Source: Octopus vulgaris (Eukaryota). From it: a stretch of DNA of 64,000 bases. The DNA lies in the NCBI GenBank assembly GCA_951406725.2, contig OX597830.1, forward strand, positions 9,796,001-9,860,000, read 5' to 3'. The translations under genes and the position numbers were made by a program. This document shows positions 39,095 through 52,599 of this stretch, piece by piece. Below the pieces are notes generated by a model that worked only from the letters and a program-made list of their open reading frames with translations, searched no databases and was not told the DNA's origin. Within the stretch, counting starts at the first letter, position 1. Every line of letters begins with the position of its first letter.

Positions 39095-39346
39095 TGTACA
39101 TAATTATGAGTATAATTATAATTTGGGTTTAGCAAAGAAATTTGCTTCACCACATACCGATCTTTAGAAATAGCAGCCAAAGAACTTGACTATTTCTTCT
39201 ACTATAAGAACCCTAATTATAATTATACTCATAATTATATAAATATATTGTTTAAGTTTACCGAAAATGGTCCTTTTAACATGCCGAATACTACTTGGTG
39301 GAATTATTAATTATTAATTAATTAATTTTACCCTTTATTATTATTG

Positions 39347-39402
<56 letters not shown>

Positions 39403-39424
39403 TATATATATATATATATATATC

Positions 39425-39695
39425 ATGGTAGCATCACACTATCGGATGTTGTGATAAACCACTGGTTACTAATAAGCCTCGCGTTGCTTCAGCTTTCGGA
39501 CGACGCAGGCAGACAGGCAAACATTCCCACTAAATGGGGCGCCATTCGGTCACAGGGTTTCCCTTTTACAAATGAGTGGACTGGAACATCCTGCATTATT
39601 TTTGCTGAAGAACGCAACGCACAGCCAGTGTGAAAAGCGAAACCACGGACTCGCAATCACGCGCGTAACGCTCTAAGCACTACGCTACGCGCCTT
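39425..39695 (-). mobile_element. Degenerate tRNA-derived SINE (C/D-type head)
   Basis: Minus strand GGCGCGTAGCGTAGTGCTTAGAGCG...GGTTTCG...GCGTTGCGTTCTTCAGCAA. Confidence 0.6.
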
Positions 39696-39773
39696 CACAC
39701 ACACACATAGGCACATATATACATATGCATATATTTATGTATGTATGTGTGTGTGTATGTATGTATGTATATG

Positions 39774-39818
<45 letters not shown>

Positions 39819-39824
39819 ATATAT

Positions 39825-40035
39825 ATCCGACTAATATTATTCGGTAGCCATGTTGAAACTCCGATTTTCGGATGCCGATGTGGAGATGGCCGCGTGGATT
39901 TCCACATCGGCATCCGAAACTCGTAGTTTTGTCATGGCTACTGAATAATTGTCTCATATTAGATTTCCAGATAAATTCTTCTATTTACTTAATATCGAGG
40001 TCTCTTTCTTTTATTGTCTTACCATCTTTAGCAGT

Positions 40036-40037
<2 letters not shown>
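39825..40037. mobile_element. Fold-back PLE-type module, turn inside hammerhead stem II
   Basis: Inverted arms 39836-39949 around GGCCGCGTGG; homologous to 21090-21290. Confidence 0.6.
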
Positions 40038-40077
<40 letters not shown>

Positions 40078-40082
<5 letters not shown>

Positions 40083-40482
40083 TTAGAGACAAAACCACAA
40101 TTTTGCAAATCAAACAAGGAAAGACTTAATCAATACATTAAAAAATTTTAATATAAAGTAAATAAATCGCAACTACAATTGTTTCCTGTCTTCAAATGAC
40201 ATTCATCAGGTGGATTTCATATCTTCTATTCAATTTTAAAATTGAATAGAAGATGATGAAATCCACCATGACACGTGTCATTTGAAGACGAAACAGTTCT
40301 AGTGGGATTTATTTACATATTAAAATTTTTTAATGTATTGATTAAGTCTTTCCTTGTTTGATTTGCAAAAAGTGGTTTTGTCTCTAATTAATATTATATA
40401 ATATTTTACTATAAAATTGGATTCAATCCTAAAATTGATTTTTTCCTGTAAATTTGGATTTATTCCCTAATATTTATTATTT

Positions 40483-40487
<5 letters not shown>
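40078..40487. mobile_element. Fold-back PLE-type module with no spacer, plus tail
   Basis: Palindrome 40078-40392 centred at 40237/40238; tail 40393-40487. Confidence 0.8.
40170..40213 (-). ncRNA. Minimal type I hammerhead motif
   Basis: CCAC-CUGAUGA-A-UGUC-AUUUGAA-GACA-G-GAAA-CAAUUG-UA-GUUG; palindromic stem III ACAAUUGU. Confidence 0.7.
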
Positions 40488-40520
<33 letters not shown>

Positions 40521-40760
40521 ATACATATATATAAATATATATATATGCCGGAGCCTATATGGAGCTTATATATATATATATCGCTATATATAAAGTTAAC
40601 AAACTCACAACGCGAGGACATGGAACAAATATAGTATTATTCTCGGGAAAGAAGGAAGAAGGAGGGTATAACGATCCTAGCGGAGCTCTTCGCGGAATCA
40701 TCGGAGCTGCCCTAGACCAGAGAAGGGAAGACGAAAAATATATCGCCAACGGTCGAGGTC

Positions 40761-40876
<116 letters not shown>

Positions 40877-41024
40877 ACCCGCTGTTTTTGTCCTGTTATT
40901 ACTATTATTGTTTTTTGTATTTATATTCGTGTGGCATCGTCCGTTTTTCTGTCCTTGTTTCGTATACATTCGATCCTTTCTCCAAGAAAACTAATGCTCG
41001 TAGCTTAGTTTTTCCTTGGTGCTG

Positions 41025-41101
41025 GCCGGATCGGGGCGATCTCAAGTTTAATCAGCCGAAATTGCGAGGATGATCCGGTTCTTGACTGAAGATTGAAGGC
41101 T
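41025..41101 (+). ncRNA. Candidate permuted hammerhead (family F1, copy 2)
   Basis: GCGAU-C-UCAAG ... AGCC-GAA-AUUGC ... CUUGA-CUGA-AGAUU-GA-A-GGCU. Confidence 0.55.
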
Positions 41102-41324
41102 TCGAATGTCCCGTCCGTGTTTCTTGTATCGTCTTCTAAATGTTTTACGTTCTTGTCCCAGTTTGTATTTTTCTACATATATATAGCGGCGCCCGTACCC
41201 TTTTTGGCCTTGTATGTAAGTACATATTTCTTTAAATTTGGTACGACTCTATAACACTGTCTCTTTCTCTCCCCCCTCTCCTACATTTCTCTGCCTTTCA
41301 CACTTTGCACTCCACTTTGATCTG

Positions 41325-41364
<40 letters not shown>

Positions 41365-41898
41365 TCCTTTTCTCTTTTCTTGCCTCTGATTCTTTGGTGT
41401 CCTCTTCCCCCACTCTCTCACATTTCTCTGTCTTTCTCACTTTGCACCTCACTGATTCTGTCGCCAAGCCAATCCTTGGCACGCTCTCTTTCTTCTCCCC
41501 TCTTTAATTCCTTCTTTCTCTCTCTGCTACCCTCCTTTGGTGCCTTTGTCCCTCTTTTTTTCTCTCTCTCTCTTTGATTCCTTTGTCCCCTTTTTCTCTC
41601 TCTTCTCCTCTCACGTGACCGCCGGTCAACTAGCCTTTCGGTTTCTGACCACCGCCACAACAACATCATTTTTTTCGTCTGCCAAAAAAGGCATTTTTTT
41701 TCCAAATACGCCAGCTAAGCTTCGTTGAACTGTCTAAAGTCGTAAGACACCCGCTGTTTTTGTCCTGTTATTACTATTATTGTTTTTTGTATTTATATTC
41801 GTGTGGCATCGTCCGTTTTTCTGTCCTTGTTTCGTATACAGTCAACCCTTTTTCCAAGAAAACTAATGCTCGTAGCTTAGTTTTTCCTTGGGAGCTGG

Positions 41899-41974
41899 CC
41901 AGATCGGAGCAATCTCAAGATTAATCAGCCGAAATTGCTAGGATGATCCGGTTCTTGACTGAATATCGAAGGCT
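41899..41974 (+). ncRNA. Candidate permuted hammerhead (family F1, copy 3)
   Basis: AGCAAU-C-UCAAGA ... AGCC-GAA-AUUGCU ... UCUUGA-CUGA-AUAUC-GA-A-GGCU. Confidence 0.6.
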
Positions 41975-42046
41975 TCGAATGACCCGTCCGTGTTTTTTGT
42001 ATCGTCTTCTATATGTTTTACGTTCTTGTCCCAGTTTGTATTTTTC

Positions 42047-42111
<65 letters not shown>

Positions 42112-42133
42112 CTCTCTCTCTCTCTCTCTCTCT

Positions 42134-42192
<59 letters not shown>

Positions 42193-42733
42193 CATCAGAG
42201 ATTGTGTAAAATACAAATCAACGCTCCAAATGAAGGGAATAAAAGAGGATCCGAAAAAATTGGTGGTTGCGTTCTTTTCAGCATGATTCATCTTGTCTCG
42301 CTGCTGCAGTCAACTCTCCCGATCAATTCGTGTTTTGTTTCTCCCTTCTCTCCCTCTCTCCCTCTCTAGTAACTGTACTTTACGGGCCCAGTTTTTTCTC
42401 GTGTCACGCTGTTTCGAGTTGAAAACTGCACTGAAAGCCAATAGTCAAAACGCCTACGGAATATTCAGCCGCATGCATGTTCAGAAGTCTTAAATATGAA
42501 TTTAGTTGGTTAAATACAAAACTGCTCATCTTCGAAACTGACGGAGAGCCATCCATATATTTGCTTAAGCTTCAGAATTAATGGAAAATTGTTATCTCAA
42601 TGAAACAAATTGACACTCTCTGTGTAGAAATTAGTGCATATACACATAACATAATTACATATATATATATATATCATATATATATATATATATATATACA
42701 TACATATATATGTATACATACATATATACATTA

Positions 42734-42783
<50 letters not shown>

Positions 42784-42920
42784 TTTATAAATACATACAA
42801 ACATATATATTTATCCCGTTGTCGGACAGTATATATACATACATATATATCTATGCTATATACATACATATATCTACTGGTATTTGAGTACTCTTTTTAC
42901 CACCTATTTCACATTTATGT

Positions 42921-42980
<60 letters not shown>

Positions 42981-43345
42981 TTAACGTAGTTCCTGTGTGT
43001 ACTGTTTTATGTACAACTGCTCCGTTTGAATTAAGTATTTGATCTGTGTTAAAATAATGCAATAAAGAGTTTCCCGAAGAATCGTTGTGGTTCCACATCC
43101 AAATGCACTGCATACACCCACTGCTGAGGATGCCAATAACAACAAAGGTGACCATGCGTAAGAGTATGAGTGATGTAAATTAATTCCAAGTTGCGTTTAT
43201 ATTTTTCTTATATATAAATATATGTGTAAACGCATACACACACACAGATGCTAACATATATAAATGAGTGTTTGCGTATAAGTGTGTTTGTGTGTGTGTG
43301 TATGTGTCTGTGTGTGTGTAAATGTGTATGTGTGTGTGTATGTGG

Positions 43346-43383
<38 letters not shown>

Positions 43384-43427
43384 GTGTTTGAAGCTAAGTA
43401 TAAAACCTTTGGTATGATACTGTTTAC

Positions 43428-43459
43428 CTGCTTCTTTCGGCGTTAAATAATCTCGCCAC
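43428..43459 (-). CDS. Candidate 32-nt internal exon VARLFNAERS
   Basis: cttctgtag acceptor, CAG|GTAAAC donor; phase-compatible with 52159-52219. Confidence 0.35.
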
Positions 43460-44145
43460 CTACAGAAGAGCGCATCGTCTTATTTTACACACATCGCAAG
43501 GCACTTGTTTGTGCCCTGAGACTCTCATTCTCCGCAAGAGAATCAGCTCATTGATCTCATCTCTCTTTCATCGTTTCCTATTAAACACTTCAAAGGAACT
43601 GATAAAACAACACCTGGTGCCCTAGCTCCTGTTCCCATAAATGCTTCACACACTTCTCAACCGGTTGATTTTCAACAAACTACATATATCAATTAAGACA
43701 TATATATTTTTAATGGAGAACTTGAATATTTCAGGTTTTCCTCGATTTGTTTTTGCTAAAACATAAACCAAGGCACCAACTGAAGTTACCAGGACAGATA
43801 TTTGTCGTGCATTGTATCGTTAACAACTGTTTTAACATGTGCATGTAAGTGTACTGGGTTCTTTTTGTCATTTTTTTCACATGGCTTATGTACACTGATA
43901 TATTTAAATCGGATTTGTGTCCAGAAAAATAGGATAGTCCTATGTGTTGACTAAGTGACAAGTGCAGCTATTTACCTAGTGGGTGGGAGTTCAAATCTTA
44001 CATCAGTCACGGTATACATACATCCATAGGTCTATGAGTGTACATGCACAAACGCGGCACAGATGTACATATATATATAATATATATATAATTAAATGGA
44101 GTCGCTTGAAACGATCGTACTGGATCACCTCTGGATATCCTGGTG

Positions 44146-44146
<1 letters not shown>

Positions 44147-44238
<92 letters not shown>

Positions 44239-44292
44239 ATATATACATATACATATATATATATACATATACATATATATATATACATATAC

Positions 44293-44346
<54 letters not shown>

Positions 44347-44455
44347 CATATATATACATATATATATATACATATATATATAATATATATATATACATAT
44401 ATGTATATAATATATACATACATATATATATATACATACATATATATATATACAT

Positions 44456-44492
<37 letters not shown>

Positions 44493-44540
44493 GTTGTATA
44501 TATATGCATAGATGTATATATGTATATATATATATATATA
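44147..44540. repeat. Long (TA)n/(TACA) low-complexity tract
   Basis: Direct reading. Confidence 0.95.
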
Positions 44541-45615
44541 TAAGTGCCAGTTGCGTTCTGGAGCCGATCTAATTGACTGGCCCCTTCCCCCCAAATTTCG
44601 GGCCTTGTCCTAGAATAGAAAAGTGTATAAGTACGTTAGTTTTGATTCCCGCCTATATATTTTAATCTTTCTCCATGTTGTTTGAATTAACACGAAAAAT
44701 ATTTTCACCTCACTTGTTTTATAGATTTTTCAATCTTTATCCTTTCTCTGTGACTTTTGTTAATCATTTTTGAAATTTGAATTAATTTTACCTCTCTTCA
44801 AACATATGAAAATGAAGTGCCAAGTAGGAAAAACAAAAAGCCGAACGAACGAATTTATCTGACAAACCAAATTTAATTATGAGAGAGAAATTTAATCCGG
44901 TGCATTTAATTTATCGTAGAAAAGAATAGGGGGTAAAATAATTCTCAGAAACAACAGGTGTAATATTTGATGTGAAATCTTTAAATAAATATAACACTGA
45001 GCGTCTTTATTGATCCAGAGCCAGGTAATACATAAATTCAGTCATAAACTGCTCACCGAGTGACTCGGTGAGATAATGGACTTAAAATGAAACCCGACTG
45101 CACTGAAATTATACTAAATAACCAAGTGATGTATATTTAGTTTTATTCCTCTCTTACTCCACTGTCGGTGTTATATTCCTGGTGACAGATGGGTGATATC
45201 GATAAAACCGTCAATGTAACATAGAACAAAATAAAAAATTTAAAAACTCTGAGAATACTTGCTGTTAACTGCTTTGTGAAAGATAAGCAAGTTAAATCTC
45301 GTTAGTAATATCTTAGTTATTGCAGTATTAAAAGTACACACTATCGAATTTCATCTATTGATGGAAAGCATGTGAGTCCGTTCAATGAAATAATTTATAA
45401 GTGCAATGAGTTTGTTTCTAAATAGAACCTGATGTTAACTATAAAAATGTTAAATGTCGTACGTGATAGCAGTCGATTGGTTAAAATACATGACTTCAAT
45501 ACGCGTTGTCACGTTTGGCAAGTAGATTAACATTTGAAGACAGGTTGCAAATAAAGGAAAGAAAACTTTGTCATATATCTCTCATTCACTGCGAAGGAGT
45601 TTTCAAATAAGCTTC

Positions 45616-45772
45616 AGGTGCGGCTGTGTGGTAAGAAGCTTGAATCCCAACCTCATTGTTCCAGGTTCAGTTCCATAGCATGATACGTTGGGCGAGTATT
45701 TTCTACTATAGCCTCAGACCAGCCAAAGCTTTCTGAATAGATTTATTAGATGGAAACTGAAAAAAGATGGCC

Positions 45773-45850
<78 letters not shown>

Positions 45851-46012
45851 ATTCTACCAAATATATACGTTTTTATTATTATTTTGCAATTTACTTAATC
45901 ATTGGTATATTATTGTTATTTTATTTTTGATATTTCTATTATGTGTAATTTTCTAGATGGTGTAATTTAATTGTTCATTTTGAATTGATAAAAGGTGGTT
46001 TTTTCTAATTCT

Positions 46013-46049
<37 letters not shown>

Positions 46050-46260
46050 ATGTGTGTGTGTGTGTATGTGTGTGTGTGTATGTGTGTGTGTGTATGAGTG
46101 AGTGTGTGTATGTATGCATGTACGTATATATCTATATGTCTATGCCTGTGTGTGTCTTTCTTCCTCTGTTTGTCCCCTCACCATCGCTTGACAACTGGTA
46201 TTGTTGTGTGTGGATCCCCGTAACTTAGTGGTTTGGCAAAAGGAGACGATACAATAAATT
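45616..46260 (+). mobile_element. SINE family B interrupted by a PLE-type fragment (45850-46010)
   Basis: Head 45616-45770, tail 46150-46260. Confidence 0.7.
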
Positions 46261-47619
46261 CCATATTTAGTAATTCTATATTTAGTAATGAAAAATTATT
46301 TCAATGATTTCAACAGAAACTTTAAGAGAATATTTCACAAAATTTTCATTTGAAATTCTGATGAAGCGATTTGCACAACAGCATAAAGTTGGCCTTTAAC
46401 TGCATGGGGATTATAATTGAGGAGCTTATGTTCAAAATCGGCATAAGTGCATATTTGGTCAACTTCATGATAACCAGTAAAACACAGTCTGCAAGCTGCT
46501 GGCTTCACGCACGTGAAATTTTATTCTGTCAAACTGGGATAGGTGTCATATAGGCACTAAGAGAATCTTAGTCTTCCAATCAAAACCAGATACAGTCAAG
46601 TTGTTTTTCAATTACTCAAAAGTCGTTCCTATGAATATATCTGGTTTTGAATGTAAGTTCTTAAAGAGTTTAATAGTAAAGATGCAGTAGCGACACCAAA
46701 TCGAATACATTTAAAGCACCTACCTAAATACACAAGCATACATTGCGAAATCATTATGAGTCATAGGCCAAGTCAAAAATTGTCAGACGCTAATGGACAA
46801 CTCGCCAATTAGACCAAACACAATTAGAGGCGAGGCAGAACGAATGTAAAAAAAAAGTAATGGAGTCAAAGAGTGTAAAATATGAAATCTCACTAAACAG
46901 ACGATATTCGTTGCATCTCTAAGGAACTGAACATTCAAAGCCATTAATAATAAATAATTGGATAATTAATTATATAAATACAGAAAAAAAAACGGTCGAA
47001 AGATTTGTAAAATAGAAAGAAATAAGAGAAACATACAAAATAATTTTGCTGTTTTTTTTTTGCAGGAATAGAACTGCTTTTTTTCTTTTCTTCTCAAAAA
47101 GATTATCTTCACAGACTATCACCTATTTATATTCCATTTCCTTCGAGTTTCAGAAAAATAATATGGTATATTATTCCTTTAAGAAACATGATTATAAAAC
47201 GTTGAAGGAGGGAAAGTAAAGAAAGCGAAAATATTCCTAAACAAACAAGAGTGTAAAGAAAACAGATACGGCGAAGTGAGTTTCAATAATGTAATTCACT
47301 ATATTTTCAGAACAGTGACAGGATATTTTGCAGATTCTGTAGAATGGTGGTTACAGTTTCATGGCCAGTGAGGTAAGAAATTGGTCATCAATCATCTTTA
47401 GGGAATGTTAACAACAAATATGGCAGCGGAGAAAATTGTGTCACACTCAAAACAAATATGGCGTCTTGCTTGGCGTTGTCGTTGTCAAAATTCTCCTCCT
47501 TCTTCTCCATCTTCTTCTGCTTCTTATTGATATTATTATAGTTATTGTTCTTATTGTTGCTGTTTCTGTTGTAGCTGTTGTTGCTGTTATTATTAGTTAT
47601 ATCATCATCATCATCATTA

Positions 47620-47663
<44 letters not shown>

Positions 47664-48060
47664 GCCTTTGCACAGCTTCTAATGCTGGAGATGTACTACA
47701 GTGTCAGCTGTTCCCTACCAGTGAACTGAGGTAACGCCACCTATTTTTCGTGCACCTTCCGGAGTATTCGAGCGGTTTCGGGCAGTGCTGTTTTCTGCAA
47801 GTGCTCCACCCTTATTGCAGCCCCTATTTGTTCCGTGTACTTCTCCAGATTTTTGCTCACTGTTCTCAGGGCTCCGGCAGTTATTGGTACTACTACTTTT
47901 TTCATCGACCACAACTGCTTAACTTCCCAAGCTAACCTGTCATATCTCTCGACTTTCCTTTCTTCCTTATCGCGACACAGCAAAAAATTGGTACGACCAC
48001 AAACCCGAAGGCATCATCGAAAATGTAAATGCACAGATCCTGTGGGATTTTATGATTCAG
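47664..48060 (-). mobile_element. R4/Dong-type non-LTR element 3' end (RLE domain C-terminus)
   Basis: KVERYDRLAWEVKQLWSMKKVVVPITAGALRTV...LQKTAL...ARILRKV; followed by (TAA)n on its strand. Confidence 0.8.
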
Positions 48061-48117
48061 TGCGTTTTAAATGAAGAAGTAAGCAAACAACGCTGGATAA
48101 TAAAATTATTATTATTA

Positions 48118-48172
<55 letters not shown>

Positions 48173-48175
<3 letters not shown>

Positions 48176-48385
48176 GGTATCCGGCCGTGAGAATCATTTG
48201 CATGCTGGACAAACTGCTTAATAGTATTCCATCCGACTTTACTTTCTGAGTTCAAATTCTGCTGAGGTCGACTTTGCCTGTCATTCTTTCGGGGCTGATA
48301 AAATAAGTACCAGTTATGCACTGGGGTCGATGTAATCGACATACTCTCTCCCAACAAATTGTAGGCTTTGTACCTGCAATAGAAA
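48173..48385 (+). mobile_element. SINE family A, degenerate
   Basis: CTGAGTTCAAATTCTGCTGAGGTCGACTTTGCC. Confidence 0.8.
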
Positions 48386-48609
48386 AAAGTAGTGTCATTA
48401 TTGAGGGAGAGAGCAGTGCATGGCATCAAAGTGACACTGGCGTAATATATACGAAGCCCAGTATACCCATCATGACTACCCGTGTGATAAGGGTACACCC
48501 GGCGTATGCATCACAAGAAAACACGGCACACACCCAACGCACATAGAGCTGCACTCAGTAGTACAGTGAAAGCACGTGATAAAAATAAGACAACTGAATA
48601 ATAATGATG

Positions 48610-48671
<62 letters not shown>

Positions 48672-48779
48672 AGACAAGGTGTTAGAGCACCGAAGGCGGG
48701 ATACAGTAATTTTAGGAGATCAACATATGAAAGAAAGAGAAAATATTGATAAATATGGAAACCTGAGAGTTGAGATCGC

Positions 48780-49265
48780 ATTGTTTTGTGTTGATATAAA
48801 GATGGGCTACGGCAAATATTCTGCTCAATACCACAGATTTGCCTGTCAGTTGTTTGACCTTAACCAGTTGATTATGTCCCTTAGTGGCTGACGATATGAG
48901 CATCTCTGATCACGAACAGAAGTAGTGGGGGAGCATCATAGCCGTGTATTGAAAGGAATTCTTGGATGTTTGGATAATTCATCTTTGGAAACATGGGTGG
49001 TTCGTTCAATACCCTTAAACAATCCTTATTCAGGGACCTTTTGAGGTGGATGGGCTACTCGACCTGAAGAAAATTCTAACTGGGCCCCACCTGCAAGGTC
49101 ATGTGCTGTTTATCTTGATATGAGATCACCATGTCGCGCACATATGATTGTGATGCATGTGTCTGGTGTACCCTTATCAGACGGGTAGTCATGATAAGTA
49201 CATTGGGCTTTCGTATATTTGTACCTTAGTGTCACTTTGATGGCATGCACTGCTCTCTCACTCAA
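48780..49265 (+). mobile_element. Repeat family E ending in (AAT/GAT)n
   Basis: Reverse complement of 12388-12830. Confidence 0.7.
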
Positions 49266-49297
49266 CAATAATGATGATGATGATGATGATGATAATG

Positions 49298-49337
<40 letters not shown>

Positions 49338-49379
49338 GCAAACTTTATTATTTTGGTCTTTCACAACAATAAAGTTTGC

Positions 49380-49428
<49 letters not shown>

Positions 49429-49440
49429 CATCATCATCAA

Positions 49441-49900
49441 AAACAATAAAGTTTGCTTATTGATCGACATGAGCATCCCCTGTGATCATAATATCTCAGC
49501 GAAAGAGTTTGACAAGCTCAGAAAATATAAAGACCTACTCATTGAAATTGAGAAAATGTGGCATCTCAAGGCGGTTACAATACCAGTGATCGTAGGAGCA
49601 CTAGGAATGATCAAGAAGGGAACCGAAAATTATATGAGAATGATCCCTGGCTTACCATCCCTGCAAGAAGTGCAAAAGATTGTCTTAACTGGTACATCAC
49701 ACGTATTGAGAAGAGCATTGTCGATGTGAGAACTGTTGTTGCTCATGTATTTTAATTTAGCTTAAAAAAAAAAAAAAAAAATGAACGAACTACTGAGTTT
49801 GGTTTAATGGCCTACCAATGTATGCTATGAGTTTCTTTGCCCTAGGAGTCGGGAAGACACTCGGCAAGAAATGGAAGCAAATTTGAAAGAAGAAAAAAAA
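49441..49900 (+). mobile_element. R4/Dong-type LINE 3' fragment
   Basis: CLLIDMSIPCDHNISAKEFDKLRKYKDLLIEIEKMWHLKAVTIPVIVGALG...VQKIVLTGTSHVLRRALSM stop, 3' UTR, then (TAA)n. Confidence 0.88.
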
Positions 49901-49919
49901 AGTAATAATAATAATAATG

Positions 49920-50200
49920 GTAATAAAGAGGTTGAAAAAATCACCAAGTACTCCGAATTGAATGTGGAATTGGCAAGGCTGTATGGAATGCGAGAGGGTA
50001 AAAGTGATACCAGTGGTGATCGGAGCGTTGGTCTCAATCCCCTCGAAACTTCAAAACTTCTTAAGGCAGCTGGAAATCCCATACAAGATTGATGTCTTGC
50101 GAAAGGCAGCCTAACTGGGCACAGCGCACATCTTAAGGAGAGTATTATCTGTCTGAGGTCCTTGTTGGGACGAGACAGATGACTAAAGACTCCGGTGCAT
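49920..50200 (+). mobile_element. R4/Dong-type LINE 3' fragment, frameshifted
   Basis: KEVEKITKYSELNVELARLYGM; VIPVVIGALVS; GTAHILRRVLSV. Confidence 0.75.
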
Positions 50201-50264
50201 TTTTACCTACATTGTGTTACGAAGAAACAACAACAAAAACAGCAATATAATAATAATAATAATG

Positions 50265-50323
<59 letters not shown>

Positions 50324-50375
50324 TAATAATAAATAATAATAATAATAATAATAATAACAATAATAATAATAATAA

Positions 50376-50822
50376 AATTGTCCCAACTTACTGTCCCAAT
50401 TGATATAAACGTATCTGTCAAGACCGACCAAAAACTGAGCAAATATAAAGATCTTTAAAATAGAAATCAGCAAAATGTGGAACCTGAAGACTAAAACAAT
50501 ACCTGTTGTCATAGGTGCCCTGGGAATGATAGCAAAAGAGGCTGATTGCTACGTAACTCAGATACCAGGAAACCCCAAAATGGCAGAAATTCAAAAGATA
50601 GTGCTCATGGGAACTGCTCATATCTTACGCAAAATACTTTCTATGTAATCTCAAGGTTTAAAACAAACATTTTTTTTAGACATCCACTAGTACAACACAA
50701 AAAAACAACAAATATATGGCACACTAGGCATAACAACAACGTGAACTTCCAACCTGTTGTCTCTTGAGGTCTCTGGGTGAGACTTGGAGCCAACGTGTAC
50801 AAATATAAAGCAAAAGTCAAAC
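50376..50822 (+). mobile_element. R4/Dong-type LINE 3' fragment
   Basis: KLSKYKDL*IEISKMWNLKTKTIPVVIGALGMI...IQKIVLMGTAHILRKILSM; flanked by (TAA)n. Confidence 0.85.
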
Positions 50823-51734
50823 AGAGTAATAATAATAATACCATCACCACCGACAACAACAACAACAATAACTGGTTTCTGACAGAAAATAACATTGTTG
50901 GAAATGCTAAAAATAGCATGAGGAACAACAACAAGAATGTCAACAACAAAAGTGATAATAATATTCATGCTTACAGAAACACAAGTATCCATGCAACCAC
51001 GCGTACGTATTTGCGCGCATTTTGACAAGTGAAGGTTGAATTGAGAAACAGAAAATGCGTTTACATTCATGTATTGTTTGCTTGAATAAGAGTTAACAAG
51101 TTCTGCATATGAACTGCCTGCCAAAGAAGCGCCTGAACCTTTTAGGCAGAGTAGGTCATCCATAATTCAGTCCCGCATGAAAAAAAAAAAACCAAAAAAG
51201 TAAACGTGGAACAGAAAATAAATTGTGACAATTTAATAAGCAAACATTAGTGACGAACACAAAAAATTACTCTGAAAGAGTCAAACACGAAAATAATAAC
51301 GATTCAAATAGAAAATCTGTTCTGAGATGGTTCAGAAAATAGTTTCATTCCCTAGAGCGATAAAACATGTAAGCCTCGATAAAGCCATTGGAAACAGAAG
51401 CCAAATATCGCTCAAAATGATTTGTACATGTTAAAAATTAATCCGAGATACACTTACAATGAAAAGTGAATGACTGAATGATCATTGCTGGAATAGATTC
51501 GGGTGAAAAGTCTGCGAGATCAGAGCTGATCTGGGATTAAGCACATCAATATTGCAAAGGATAAATATGTAACTAGCAGACACTTCACTAATGCATCTCT
51601 CCCCCAATATATTTGGAATGTAAGAGAGAAACAACGAGAAAAAAAATGAATCTGTAAAAGAACTTAACTCTTCCTGTATATTAATGAAACTGGAAAGCCT
51701 CTATTATACGCTACAAAACGCAGAAAATTGTGAG

Positions 51735-51746
51735 ACAGACACACAA

Positions 51747-51781
<35 letters not shown>

Positions 51782-51800
51782 TACATACATACATACAGAC

Positions 51801-51851
<51 letters not shown>

Positions 51852-51904
51852 CAGACAGACACACATACAGGCAGACACACAGACAGACAGATAGATAGAT
51901 AGAC

Positions 51905-51986
<82 letters not shown>

Positions 51987-52005
51987 TGAGTGAGTGAGTG
52001 AGTGA
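51735..52005. repeat. (AGAT)n/(AGAC)n compound microsatellite
   Basis: Direct reading. Confidence 0.95.
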
Positions 52006-52158
52006 GAGAGAAAACGGAAAGACAGTAAATGAGAGGTATGAGTTAAAATCCTGATTCAAATGTTGCAAAGAAAATAACACAATTGGTATATTTTAAACTA
52101 GTTGCAGCCGAGCAACCAACTCTTTTTTCACGAGTAAACCAGGTGCATTTGCACTTAC

Positions 52159-52219
52159 CTTCGTGCAAACAATGGTGTTTTCTATGACGTCCTTCAAGCA
52201 ATCTGTCTCAGCGCTGTTC
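52159..52219 (-). CDS. Internal coding exon candidate NSAETDCLKDVIENTIVCTK of an unidentified host gene
   Basis: Strong acceptor T10-AG, consensus donor AAG|GTAAGT, only one open frame, unique flanks. Confidence 0.6.
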
Positions 52220-52599
52220 CTAAAAAAAAAATGGTGAATTATGTCTGTCACTCGAGTCAACGAGGATGCTACGACGCTGTCATTGAAGCGAACGTCGAGA
52301 CTCATACTGCGTCGTGTTTCTTGTACAAGAAAGAAACTCTGGTCAATTTAATCGAGACACACGAGGAAGAATGGCCATGATAACAAGGCAAGGGAGATAA
52401 CTGAATTCGTGATAATTTAAACAGGCTTTAATTAAGTTTTAAATTGTGAAAAAATCTGTACAGTTTGAATTCCTTATAAACGTACAAATCTTGAAACTCA
52501 GACTAGAAGTGAGACGAAGATTCAGTACCCAGTGAATTTATAAAGCATTAACTCTATCTTATATGTTGAATATTTTCTTGTAAAATATATTAACATTTT

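Noticed and set aside
45052-45072. Palindrome CTCACCGAGT-G-ACTCGGTGAG as Helitron end or terminator
   Set aside because: No CTRR end or other element feature nearby; isolated.
47311-47372. Plus-strand exon with AG|GTAAGA donor
   Set aside because: Several competing acceptors, no recognisable peptide and no partner exon.
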